Positions 27,831 through 37,186 of a stretch of 64,000 bases of DNA are shown in pieces. The DNA lies in the NCBI GenBank assembly GCA_048886745.1, contig JBHLKK010000001.1:33925-97924 (forward strand). The letters are read 5' to 3'. The notes beneath the pieces are model-generated. The model was not told the DNA's origin, did no database searches, and saw only the letters and a list, made by a program, of their open reading frames with translations. The stretch is from Candidatus Hodarchaeota archaeon (GTDB lineage Archaea; Asgardarchaeota; Odinarchaeia; Odinarchaeales; JBHLKK01). The position numbers and the translations under genes were made by a program. Within the stretch, counting starts at the first letter, position 1. Each line of letters starts with the position of its first letter.

Positions 27831-29891
27831 TCAACTGCCGTATCCACAACTCTGTAAAACCCTGTAAAGTTCATCTACTGTGCGTTCTGGTTGTTCGACT
27901 CCTATTCCCCTAATTAGTGAAACATCTAGTTCGTACCTATATTCTTCTCCTAATTGATTCCACAGAGGAGGAGTGCATTTATTCAGCATATTATTAACAC
28001 ACCTAGATGTGTCAGAGAAATATCCGTTGGTGGATTCTATATTGATAATAGGTAGTTCCAAATAGTCATTCTCCAAGAATCTTGTCCATCTGTCTGAAAT
28101 TCTTCTACCCAACAGAACTAACGCCGATATGAAGATTGTGCTGTTAAACCAACCAATGAGAGGTTTTATCATTCGAGCATTATCGCTTTTGATTATGTAG
28201 AAGTTTTTGGACGCGGCAATGCGCTGAGTCGTATAATTGGCAAAAACACTTCTCTTGGCAAAAGATAGATCTACTTTGTCTGGCATGAATATTTGTCCAT
28301 ATGGCTTTTTGGAAATCATCTGTCGATATACATGACTGTACCAATATTTGCCCCAAGCTCGTACGGAGGGATCTGCCGTTCCAGATCCTTTCCCCCATCT
28401 CATGTAGATCTCTAGATCCTCTGAGAAATGATCAACTTCATTTGGCGGAATTGAAACCATAAAACTTCTCGAATAAGCCCTAATTGCGTCACCATAAAGA
28501 CTGGGTTTGCGAAGAGTTCTGACCAAGAAGATGTTGCTCAAGGTTAGCCTACTTCTATCTTCTATGTTTTCTATTTCAGTTGAAATGTTATCTTGCCTTA
28601 AAATGCGCCAGTATTTGTTTGGAATAAAGAAAAAATCAGGGCCATACATTTCAACACCGCGAATAATGTTTTTCTTCCCAATCACGTCGTTGCAATATGC
28701 CATGGTACCATTCTTTAGACCTTGTTTGAAAATGGAAACCACAAGGTCTCTCAATTCACTTTTCTCCAAAAGAGATAACCAGTTAAAATCTAAGAATCTC
28801 GGAAGCCGATAAATATTGATGGGGTTTAGGCCGTTATTGCAGGACGGCCCTCCAAGTATGTTTCCTTTTCTATCTTTGCCTTGATTGCCTATTATGCCAA
28901 ATAGTGTTAACCCATTTTGAACGGCCCCTTTGATGCACGACAATATTACTTCCTTAAATCCACTATCTTCAGAAAATGAAGGTCTGGATGCACAACCCAC
29001 AATCTTCAATATGGCATATTTCTCCTTTAGAAAAAGCTTATACCCTTTTCCATATATTGTGTAGAACGTGGATGCTGGAAGAATAGACGCAAGCAATCCA
29101 TTATCTTTTAGACAGTAATCCGCCAAGAACATGGATAACAACTGAAGATTTGGTTCGCCCTTCATAATGTAATCGCTATAACCTAGATTGGTCAGTGTAT
29201 CAACTAGAAAACGTCGGTATTTTTCTTCTAAACATCTCCAACGCGTAAATGGGGGATTTGTGAGTACAACATCACTTCTAGGAAATTCCGTCTTTCTTCT
29301 TGGAGAAAAACCGTAAGGAATTTCTTTAAAAGCATCACCAACCTTGACGGTGATCAGATCTTTCTTTCCCTTTACCGCTTTCAGTAGAGATGCATATCCT
29401 ACTAAAGCTGGTAGAGGTAAAGGCTCAATACCCCAGACTTTCTCTATCTTCTTGCATCCAATTCTCTGAATTGCTTCCGTTAATGTTCGTGCTGACCCTA
29501 GGAAAGGGTCCGCGAGCACAATCTTCTTTTTTTTGAACCGACTCAAATACTCGCCGACTGTTGATATCATATGATCGATGCCATCTTTCAATGAGTAATA
29601 GACGGCATACCTTTTCCTTATTTCGAACGGAATCTGTTTCTGGACCAATATTTGACATTTCTCAATGGATGTCATGTCTTTTGACATTTCGGAAATAATA
29701 TATCTTATTTCATCCGAATCTAGCCTTTTCAAATTATTTAGCACAGGGGTATCTAAAACGCCTAAGAAGTCTCTATCTCCATTCATGCCATAGTGTAAAA
29801 TGGTTTTTAGAGCCACAATAAGAATCTGAAAATTGGTGGGGGTGGCAGGCCATATTTCAAGTTTCTCCATTATTCTCGCTCTTTTTTTCAT
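27831..29891 (-). CDS. N6-adenine DNA methyltransferase (gamma-class, Eco57I/TaqI-like) with a large C-terminal region
   Basis: Motif I-like is VLADPFLGSARTL and motif IV is VVLTNPPFTRW. The ORF-track start at 29954 is TTG. ATG 29891 (MKKRARIMEKLE) is preceded by GGGAGAGAG, so I prefer it. Confidence 0.75.
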   Translation of the reverse strand: MKKRARIMEKLEIWPATPTNFQILIVALKTILHYGMNGDRDFLGVLDTPVLNNLKRLDSDEIRYIISEMSKDMTSIEKCQILVQKQIPFEIRKRYAVYYSLKDGIDHMISTVGEYLSRFKKKKIVLADPFLGSARTLTEAIQRIGCKKIEKVWGIEPLPLPALVGYASLLKAVKGKKDLITVKVGDAFKEIPYGFSPRRKTEFPRSDVVLTNPPFTRWRCLEEKYRRFLVDTLTNLGYSDYIMKGEPNLQLLSMFLADYCLKDNGLLASILPASTFYTIYGKGYKLFLKEKYAILKIVGCASRPSFSEDSGFKEVILSCIKGAVQNGLTLFGIIGNQGKDRKGNILGGPSCNNGLNPINIYRLPRFLDFNWLSLLEKSELRDLVVSIFKQGLKNGTMAYCNDVIGKKNIIRGVEMYGPDFFFIPNKYWRILRQDNISTEIENIEDRSRLTLSNIFLVRTLRKPSLYGDAIRAYSRSFMVSIPPNEVDHFSEDLEIYMRWGKGSGTADPSVRAWGKYWYSHVYRQMISKKPYGQIFMPDKVDLSFAKRSVFANYTTQRIAASKNFYIIKSDNARMIKPLIGWFNSTIFISALVLLGRRISDRWTRFLENDYLELPIINIESTNGYFSDTSRCVNNMLNKCTPPLWNQLGEEYRYELDVSLIRGIGVEQPERTVDELYRVLQSCGYGS

Positions 29892-30151
29892 ATTCTCTCT
29901 CCCTTGGCTATAATAGACTTGATAAATAATGGTGATTTCTAACCATACTGACAAAGCAGTTTATTTAGGTTCTGTTATGGAGGTTACGTTCATGGGAATA
30001 GTATGCGGTGGATAATGATATTGATTTGTGTCAGCATTATCGGGGGCAAGATGAGCACACTAATTACAAACTAGCCACTAATGAATAACTAATATATACA
30101 ACTTTGGGACTATAATAAAAAAAAATAGAAGCTTCTGGAGGGGGAGATAAT

Positions 30152-30940
30152 ATGGAACTTAAAGGAGTACACATATTAGCCATCGGCGTGGTGGGAGTCA
30201 TTGCTGTAGGCGGCGTTGTGGGTGTAATTCTTCTAACCCAAAGCGATGGAACTTTTGCCTCCCTTACCCAGGGTACCGGTAATTGTATGCAGAGCTTTAC
30301 ACCGATCTTTGACGGCTTGCTCAGCGTCCTTGAGGAGGTCGACTGGGATGTCCGGATTCTTCGCAATAATACCTCCATCAACAAAGCATCAATCCCGTGG
30401 AGGTTCAGTGTTGATCAAGACTACAATGGCGACTCCTTAGGGGATACTAGAATCAATGGCACGATTAGCCCAGGAATTGGTACAGTACTCGGAAGTATGG
30501 GAACGACGGATAACGCTGTCTTCGCTTGGTCCAATTACGCAGGAGTGCCTCCCGACCCGCCTTACTCTATCCTAACAGCTTGGGGAACCTTCACCTTCGT
30601 AAAGTTATCATCGGACACATTTCGGATGACCATTGTTGCAGAAACCATCGTCTACACCTCGGCTACCTGCTGGATCAACTTCACGGGCTTCGATCTGTAC
30701 TTCAATCTGTCGGCATACATTCAAGGATATGCGCCGTATCTGGATATGTGGGAGTTTGCTGACCCGTGGGTGGGCGTTTATACCGGAAACATCAACTTCG
30801 TCACGACCCGTAACTCTGACACTCTTGTGGGCATGATGACGTTCGACGGCTCAAACATAGCCACGGTGACAGGAAACTACATGGGCTCAGATTATACCTT
30901 CACAATCGACTTGGAAACGTTCGCGGTAACCATCGTTTAA
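30152..30940 (+). CDS. N-terminally membrane-anchored beta-rich protein, unknown function, GC-rich
   Basis: The TM anchor is VHILAIGVVGVIAVGGVVGVILL and GGAGGGGGA lies upstream of the ATG. Hand-counted GC of 60-nt lines is 43-55%, against about 40% in flanking genes. Confidence 0.6.
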   Translation: MELKGVHILAIGVVGVIAVGGVVGVILLTQSDGTFASLTQGTGNCMQSFTPIFDGLLSVLEEVDWDVRILRNNTSINKASIPWRFSVDQDYNGDSLGDTRINGTISPGIGTVLGSMGTTDNAVFAWSNYAGVPPDPPYSILTAWGTFTFVKLSSDTFRMTIVAETIVYTSATCWINFTGFDLYFNLSAYIQGYAPYLDMWEFADPWVGVYTGNINFVTTRNSDTLVGMMTFDGSNIATVTGNYMGSDYTFTIDLETFAVTIV

Positions 30941-31233
30941 CCTTAGGCCCCTAGCGCAAACCATGCCTTTCTTCTCCTCCTTTCTGACGATGGTCGCGAT
31001 GGAGGAGAGTACCATCATTTCCCGACAGTAAATATGAGGTTGCGGGAATAGCTCATCGGGATAAGGCGGTCCAAATTAGGAAGAAGGCGGCGAGGTTGGG
31101 GGCGCCGCACATAGACAGGGGTCTAAGCACCATCGACCTTGATCGCGCAAAAAAATGAATGTCAAATTAACTTGGTGTCCCCGTTTTTAGGATAATCATC
31201 GGTTGGTATCATCATCGATTTGAATATGTCTTT

Positions 31234-31655
31234 CTAATCCTCATTCGGATTTTTCGATGGACAGTCTGTTATGTTTTCATTAGAATCGATGGATATGCTT
31301 GGATCACCAGGATGGAGGGTATAGTTCCGATCTTCATCTACTTTTTGCATTACCCACCCTCTATAAGGGAATTTGGCAGCAATAATGGCAATCCTATTAT
31401 TGAATGGTTGAAACATCTCAAGAAATAGATGTAGTTTTTCAATTTGCCTTCTTGAGAAGTAGGCACATCCTTTCTGATTAACTTTTACCTCAAAGGCAAG
31501 TATCGTATCATCTTTGGTTGCCAATACGTCGGGAAGTGGTTCACCACTTGGGGCACTAACCGGAATTCTTACAGCCCTCCAACCTTTTACCCTAAGTAGC
31601 TTAACAAGTTCGCGCTCGGCATTATACCCCTTTTTACGTCTTCCCTTGATTTCAT
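31234..31655 (-). CDS. hjc: Holliday junction resolvase Hjc; reading frame requires a -1 shift at an A5 run
   Basis: The frame ending at 31234 encodes KKGYNAERELVKLLRVKGWRAVRIPVSAPSGEPLPDVLATKDDTILAFEVKV...IAIIAAKF (Hjc E...D...EVK motifs). It has no ATG/GTG/TTG upstream of the TTG at 31524. ATG 31655 (MKSREDVK) is in the +1 frame and joins at AAAAA (31631-31635). Confidence 0.7.
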
Positions 31656-31777
31656 CTTTTAAGGATGTGCCCTTGGACTGTCTCTTATCAGACGTAGGCT
31701 AACCCCCTAGGGTTCGCGAAAACCCGTACTATATATTCGATATATCATCCTTAAAAGGATGCTATCAACGATTCTAA

Positions 31778-32677
31778 TCATATGAGGAGAAGAATCAAGA
31801 GGGAGGCTAGCTTAAGAAGACAGGCGGCAATAAAGACTGTAGCCCAGGCAGTTTCACTCCAGCGTCTTACCTTGGCCCCATCGAGAATACTTACTGGCAT
31901 TAGATTGAACCAAGCCAGATCAACACAGAATGTTGAACCAAGTATTCCGATAAGGAAGACATCAGGATTCATTGATAAGAACGCCATAAGAATCAGTGAG
32001 AATCCCATTATCGTGTTGGCAGTTGGACCAGCTAAAGCTATTTTTCCAAACTCCTCCTGTGTAATCTTGTCATCTTCGTCCAAATAAATCATTACAGCCC
32101 CAGGAGCAATAATTCTGAAAGGAAGTATTGTTGAAACTAGCGTCAGATACGAACTATATCTTACCAATCTGAATTCAGCGTTATGTCCAAGTCTTCGTGC
32201 TACGAACTTATGAGAGAATTCGTGAAGGAAGAATCCAGATGTTAAAACAATGATTAGGGCAAGAATGAAATGTGTGTTCGCAGGGGGAATAATGCCTGTT
32301 GGTAAATGCATATCGACTGGCAAGAACCAGCTAAAGAGGAGCGGAAATAGCGTCAATTCAACGAATACAACCATAAGGATGCCGCCAAGCAAGTGTAGAA
32401 TCTCACTTTTTGAGAAAGCAAAGCCCATCTGGCTTCTGGCATCTATAAGTCTTCCTTTTAGAGGGAGTCGAAGCGGAGGACCAGTGTATGGCTCCGAACT
32501 AGTTACTTCTTGGGGTTTTTTGTTAAGTATTCTGGATTTAATAGACTTAGGGATCTTGTTTGAAGAATAGCTCATCTTGGTGTAATTATCAGACCTGAAT
32601 GATACATTAGCCCTATTCCCGCAATAATTGCAGTCTATTATGCCGTTAAAAGCGCCAAGCACATACATAATCTTCAC
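31778..32677 (-). CDS. M50-family (site-2 protease-like) intramembrane metalloprotease
   Basis: HEFSHKFVARRLGH is an HExxH within a TM segment, and FNLMPVSILDGAKV is the NxxPxxxLDG motif. The start is uncertain: GTG 32677, ATG 32668 or ATG 32575. Confidence 0.7.
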   Translation of the reverse strand: MKIMYVLGAFNGIIDCNYCGNRANVSFRSDNYTKMSYSSNKIPKSIKSRILNKKPQEVTSSEPYTGPPLRLPLKGRLIDARSQMGFAFSKSEILHLLGGILMVVFVELTLFPLLFSWFLPVDMHLPTGIIPPANTHFILALIIVLTSGFFLHEFSHKFVARRLGHNAEFRLVRYSSYLTLVSTILPFRIIAPGAVMIYLDEDDKITQEEFGKIALAGPTANTIMGFSLILMAFLSMNPDVFLIGILGSTFCVDLAWFNLMPVSILDGAKVRRWSETAWATVFIAACLLKLASLLILLLI

Positions 32678-32873
32678 GACACTTAGTAGACATTCATACG
32701 TTTAAAAACATAATGTCAAAAATAGGACATAAAAGATGGTTGTTGCGACATCTAGAACAAAGGGATTAGCAGTGCCGTTTCTCGGAAGCATGTAGAAGGC
32801 TTTGAAAAAAACAAGTATTTATGTTAATAATCACAAATAGGTAATTAGTTTCGTATTTGCGAGATGAATCAGA

Positions 32874-33464
32874 TTGAAAGATAGTTTTACACCAAAAACT
32901 AGAATCATCAATATTCCTGGAAGCTCCTATAAGGTTCAATTAGGAAGACAAGGTGGGTGGGTAATTAGAATATTGAGAGGTTTGAATATCATTTCGACAG
33001 TCCCCATAGAAGAGGAAAGCTTGGTACCTAACAATATTGTAACAGTCATTCGGGATAATCTTTCAGATAGGTTTATGCCGATCTCACCTTTTCAGATCTC
33101 CAGAGCAGTTTCACAGCTTTTGAACGATGTAGAAACCGGTTGGACCCCACCCGAAGATCAGCCAGCAACAGGACATGCCGGAGAAGAAGACAAAGCAGTT
33201 TTATCCGGAGAAATCTCAGCTGACTCTGAGGGCACAGAAATATCCAAAATTCAACCTGAAATCGGCAAAAGCATCGAAGATGAAACAGCTGATCAAAGTC
33301 AAATAGAGAGAGAAGAAGAGATGGTCTCACCAAAAATGAGAATGCCCACTGTACTAACACTTCTTGGTCTAGGAGGAAAAGAAGAAGAGGACGAAGAAGA
33401 GGACGAAGAAGAGGACGAAGAAGAGGACGAAGAAGAGGACGAAGAAGAGGACGAAGAAGACTAG
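32874..33464 (+). CDS. Hypothetical acidic protein with poly-(EEED) C-terminal tail
   Basis: TTG start. Globular N-terminal ~90 aa, an acidic low-complexity middle, and a C-terminus KEEEDEEEDEEEDEEEDEEEDEEEDEED encoded by a perfect 12-nt tandem repeat. Confidence 0.5.
   Translation: MKDSFTPKTRIINIPGSSYKVQLGRQGGWVIRILRGLNIISTVPIEEESLVPNNIVTVIRDNLSDRFMPISPFQISRAVSQLLNDVETGWTPPEDQPATGHAGEEDKAVLSGEISADSEGTEISKIQPEIGKSIEDETADQSQIEREEEMVSPKMRMPTVLTLLGLGGKEEEDEEEDEEEDEEEDEEEDEEEDEED
33381..33461 (+). repeat. Perfect tandem repeat (GAAGAAGAGGAC) x6 plus a partial seventh copy
   Basis: Six identical 12-nt units occupy 33381-33452, followed by GAAGAAGAC and the stop TAG at 33462-33464. Confidence 0.95.
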
Positions 33465-33520
33465 AAGAAAAAGAAAGAAAAAATTCGAATGATACTTTTC
33501 TTTTCGAGAATAGGAGATGA

Positions 33521-34723
33521 TTAAGCCTTCGATCTGATGAAGGCCTCTATCTTATCAAAAGCAGATTCCAATGTCTCTGGCGGCGGAAGAAAAACCATTC
33601 TAAAATGGCCTGCACCGTAGGTCTCACAAAAGCCTGAGCCAAATACCACAACAACTCCAGTTTCAGCCAATAAGTCAAGTACGAAATCTTTATCATCTTT
33701 CCATGAATTTCCGAGAACCTCGATTTTTGGAAATGCATAAAATGCTCCCTTGGGCTCAGCACAACTTAGACCTTCGATTTCATTAAGTCGTTTGTATGTA
33801 AGATCTCTCCTTTTTCTTAGCTTATCAACAAGTTCTTTAACATGATCCTGTGGTCCCTTTAGAGCCACTATTCCGGCATGCTGGGCAGGTGCACTTGCGC
33901 ATAATCGAATACGTCCTTCCTTTTCTATATGTTCTCTGAGTTCACTAATCTTTTCTTCAGGATCGTGGAAGTACATATATCCCAGACGCCATCCAGGAAC
34001 CAAATACACCTTAGAGAATCCGTTGAATCCGATAACCGGAAGGTCACCAGCTATAGCTGCCGTGCTCACAGTGCGATCTTCATATACGATTCTATCATAA
34101 ATTTCATCGCTTAAGAGAAGCAAATCGTTTTCGCCCGCAATGTCTATCATCTGTTTTACCACTCTTTTAGAATATAGAGATCCACAAGGATTGTTTGGGT
34201 TTATCACAACAAGCGCCCGAGTTTTATCTGAAATTTTTGACCTGAGATCGTCAATATCCGGTTGCCAGCCATCTTCCTCTACGCATCTGTACGTTACTGG
34301 CTCTATGCCGAAGAACTTCGCGTAACTGATGTAAGGCGGATAACTGGGTCCAGGAATCAAGATTTCTTCTCCCTGAGCTGCAATCGCCGCCATTACAAAG
34401 GCTAATGCCTCAGATATACCTGCCGTAATAATTATATCGTCTGAAGTCAGGCTTCTTATGTCATTATAGTTCTTCTCTTTCTCGACAATTGCCGCTCTGA
34501 GTTCTTCTACGCCTTTGGAATGAGAATAGCCATTATACCCATCTCTTACAGCTTGTATAATGGCTTCTTTCATGTATTCAGGAGTATCAAAGTCGTATTT
34601 TATTGGATCTCCGATATTCAAATAGAGCATTTTCATTCCTTGCTTCTCTAGTTTTTCGGCGGAAACAACAATATCTCTAATAGCATATTTTATCATCTTT
34701 ACTCGCTCATTGACAAAGACCAT
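33521..34723 (-). CDS. Class I PLP-dependent aminotransferase, alanine aminotransferase-like
   Basis: LNIGDPIKYDFDTPEYMKEA resembles the archaeal AlaAT N-terminus. The PLP-lysine context is GFSKVYLVPGWRLGY, with VVINPNNPCG also present. Confidence 0.8.
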   Translation of the reverse strand: MVFVNERVKMIKYAIRDIVVSAEKLEKQGMKMLYLNIGDPIKYDFDTPEYMKEAIIQAVRDGYNGYSHSKGVEELRAAIVEKEKNYNDIRSLTSDDIIITAGISEALAFVMAAIAAQGEEILIPGPSYPPYISYAKFFGIEPVTYRCVEEDGWQPDIDDLRSKISDKTRALVVINPNNPCGSLYSKRVVKQMIDIAGENDLLLLSDEIYDRIVYEDRTVSTAAIAGDLPVIGFNGFSKVYLVPGWRLGYMYFHDPEEKISELREHIEKEGRIRLCASAPAQHAGIVALKGPQDHVKELVDKLRKRRDLTYKRLNEIEGLSCAEPKGAFYAFPKIEVLGNSWKDDKDFVLDLLAETGVVVVFGSGFCETYGAGHFRMVFLPPPETLESAFDKIEAFIRSKA

Positions 34724-34877
34724 ATTAGTCCACCAAAACCTATAGGGTTTGTGCGATTAAGTGTTACAATAGTCACGAAATATTAAATTATCGGTCTAAC
34801 GTTAAAAAAATGAGAACATTCAGAATCAGCTGTTTATCAATGTAAGTTTATCAAAAATAGTACCGTGTAATTCAATG

Positions 34878-35111
34878 TTAACCTCTTTTCCATTGACGAT
34901 AAGCAAGTTCGACATCTCTGCCGGTTACCGTCTTTCGTTTAGCATGTCTGGCCAATTCTTCGGCGCGTCGAGCGATTTCGAGTCCAAACTCTTCAAGGAT
35001 AACGCCTAAAGCCTTTGCAGCCTTTTCTGATACTCTCTCCACGTTTGCTTTTCGAATCAGTCGATCCAAGGGTGCAAGAGGAACAATCCGTTCAGCCCGT
35101 TTTCTTGGCAT
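34878..35111 (-). CDS. Archaeal histone (HMf family) with a short basic N-terminal extension
   Basis: PLAPLDRLIRKANVERVSEKAAKALGVILEEFGLEIARRAEELARHAKRKTVTGRDVELAYR aligns by eye to HMfA/B. The N-terminus is MPRKRAERIV. Confidence 0.9.
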   Translation of the reverse strand: MPRKRAERIVPLAPLDRLIRKANVERVSEKAAKALGVILEEFGLEIARRAEELARHAKRKTVTGRDVELAYRQWKRG

Positions 35112-35117
35112 GATATT

Positions 35118-35163
35118 TCACCTAAGTTATGGAGTCGTTCTTTGAATGTTCTTTCTATTTAAA
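35118..35163 (-). promoter_or_regulatory. Putative histone RBS (AGGTGA) and TATA-like box (TTTAAATA)
   Basis: On the minus strand, AGGTGA (35118-35123) lies 6 nt upstream of ATG 35111. TTTAAATA (35156-35163) lies about 45-50 nt upstream. Confidence 0.35.
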
Positions 35164-35416
35164 GCTTTTTCTACCTCAAAATTCATGATATTCGAGAAAT
35201 AGGGGTCTAAAAATGAAATAACACCAGTTTGAGCCTACAAATGTCCTATGAACAATATAATTAGTACAAGGAAGAACGTCATGGTTTTCTATCCATATTA
35301 TTATTTAGTTGACACCGCAAGGAAACCATAAGAGTTTAATATTGAAAAAGCGTATGACTATTTATTTAGTTGATTAGCATATTGTAATTATTTGTTACCG
35401 ATTGGAGGGAATAATT

Positions 35417-36988
35417 GTGAAAATCGTTCTGACTGCCCCAGCGACTGAGATGAGTGACCATAATAAAAGAATATTCTTGGGGTTTGGAACATGCTTTCCA
35501 CCAGTAATAATCCCTCCATGGTTCCTAAGACTCTTTTTTTATCCTAAGGTTAGAACGAAAAAGAATGGAATTGCAAAGTATGCACCTTATGGCCTTAGAA
35601 AGATTGAAGCGATATTAGTTAATGATGGATTCGAGGAATTTGACGTCGCTGTCGTACCTCCTGATAAACTGGAGAGGTTCGTAGGACCTGAAACCAGAGT
35701 TATTGGAATATCAACAATGGATCCCTTAGGATATGGACCTGTTAGCATAACATTTAGTGCGATTCTTGGAGGAAAAGCAACCACAAAAATTGAGTTTTAC
35801 AAACTAATGAAAATGGTACGCGATCTGAAAAGCAAATACAAGCATTTGAAGATCATCGTTGGAGGTTCAGGTGCTTGGCAGCTTGAACTAAATAAGGAAA
35901 TACAGAAGCGTCTCGGTATTGACACTATAGTAACTGGAGAAGGCGATGCCGAGGTTTATCCTCTCTTTCAAAAAGCAATAAAGGGAGATTTCTTACCAAA
36001 AAAGATTAGCATGAGTAGTCCCTCACCTGATAGGATAATCCCGATAAGAAACGCATCCATAGATGGGCTTATTGAAGTATCCCGAGGTTGTGGAAGGCAT
36101 TGTCAATTCTGCTCCGCAGCTGCGAGAAAAAGGCAGGATATTCCACTGGAAATCATAGTCGAGGAGATAAAAGTGAATATTCGAGAGAAATCTGGGGATC
36201 CAATCCTCCATGCTGAAGATGTTCTGATGTGGGGATCAAAGGACAATTTCCGCCCAGAACGGGAAGCAGTAAAAAGACTATTTAAAACAGCTCTTGCTGT
36301 TCCCAGAGCTGGGAGCGTTGGTGTAAGTCACATATCATTGGCTGCTCCTGCTGCAGATCCTCAATTGATTTCTGAATTATCTGAAATCATGAAATTGGGT
36401 AAAGGACATCTACGGTTCTTTGCAGCTCAAACAGGAATTGAAACAGGAAGTCCCAAACTCATTAAGCAGCTTATGAAGGCCAAACCGCTTCCTTTCAGAC
36501 CAGAAGAATGGCCAGAAGTTGTAAGGCAAGCTTTTGGCGTACTCAATGATAATCACTGGGTTCCTGCAGCAACAATAGTCATCGGATTGCCCAAAGAGAC
36601 TCCAGAAGATGTTCAAAGAACTCTCGAACTACTAGATGACCTCAAAGATAATTTATCTCTCATGGTCCCGCTCTTTTTCATACCAATGAAGGGTGCAATA
36701 TTAGAAAAAGCAAAAGCCTTTATCGCAAGAGAACTAGAATACGCACACTGGGAGCTATTTGTCAAATGCCTAGATCACGATGCAAAACACATATTCAATC
36801 TAGAAAAAGAATATCTGAGAGGACTAAGTCTTCTTAATTTCGTCGTAGGAATGGGGTTCAAGATTTTTTCAAGATGGATACGCTTGAGAGCCCAGAAGCT
36901 TGACTTTCACCAAGTTTATAAGAAACTTAAGGTTAACTTAGAAAAAGCAGGTACACCAAAGCCAATGGTTGCCAATGTATCTAATTAA
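35417..36988 (+). CDS. Radical SAM protein with N-terminal B12-binding-like (Rossmann) domain
   Basis: The radical-SAM cluster motif is VSRGCGRHCQFCSAAARK. The N-terminal domain carries VIGISTMDPLGYGP. GTG 35417 is preceded by GGAGGG 7 nt upstream, so I prefer it to TTG 35402. Confidence 0.8.
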   Translation: MKIVLTAPATEMSDHNKRIFLGFGTCFPPVIIPPWFLRLFFYPKVRTKKNGIAKYAPYGLRKIEAILVNDGFEEFDVAVVPPDKLERFVGPETRVIGISTMDPLGYGPVSITFSAILGGKATTKIEFYKLMKMVRDLKSKYKHLKIIVGGSGAWQLELNKEIQKRLGIDTIVTGEGDAEVYPLFQKAIKGDFLPKKISMSSPSPDRIIPIRNASIDGLIEVSRGCGRHCQFCSAAARKRQDIPLEIIVEEIKVNIREKSGDPILHAEDVLMWGSKDNFRPEREAVKRLFKTALAVPRAGSVGVSHISLAAPAADPQLISELSEIMKLGKGHLRFFAAQTGIETGSPKLIKQLMKAKPLPFRPEEWPEVVRQAFGVLNDNHWVPAATIVIGLPKETPEDVQRTLELLDDLKDNLSLMVPLFFIPMKGAILEKAKAFIARELEYAHWELFVKCLDHDAKHIFNLEKEYLRGLSLLNFVVGMGFKIFSRWIRLRAQKLDFHQVYKKLKVNLEKAGTPKPMVANVSN

Positions 36989-37186
36989 TGGTAACACCTT
37001 GGAAAGCCTTCGTTCCTAAATCGAAGTGCTTAAATTAAAGTTACGAATAATATAACCTTAAGAACTATTTTGGCAGCAAATCTCAGATCTCATTAAATGA
37101 AGTTGAGAAATGAATAAAAAATATTGAGAAAATCTTAAACTCATCATTGCAAGAGGAAGGGTTTATTATATCTGGATGTGTTGCCT

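Noticed and set aside
30064-30836. ORFs 30064..30384(-), 30246..30440(+), 30526..30762(+) and 30633..30836(+)
   Set aside because: They are alternative-frame or antisense ORFs created by the locally high GC content of gene 30152..30940. The annotated frame has the RBS, a TM anchor and a full-length open frame.
31141-31233. Possible C/D-box sRNA on the minus strand downstream of hjc (AUGAUGA at about 31209-31216)
   Set aside because: A C-box-like heptamer is present, but there are no properly spaced D', C' and D (CUGA) boxes and no terminal stem.
35417-36988. Idea that the B12-like radical SAM protein is a tetraether (GDGT) or ring synthase because it neighbours a polyprenol-kinase-like gene
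   Set aside because: The idea rests on adjacency and enzyme class only, and I cannot recognise family-specific motifs by eye. It is left as an unassigned radical SAM enzyme.
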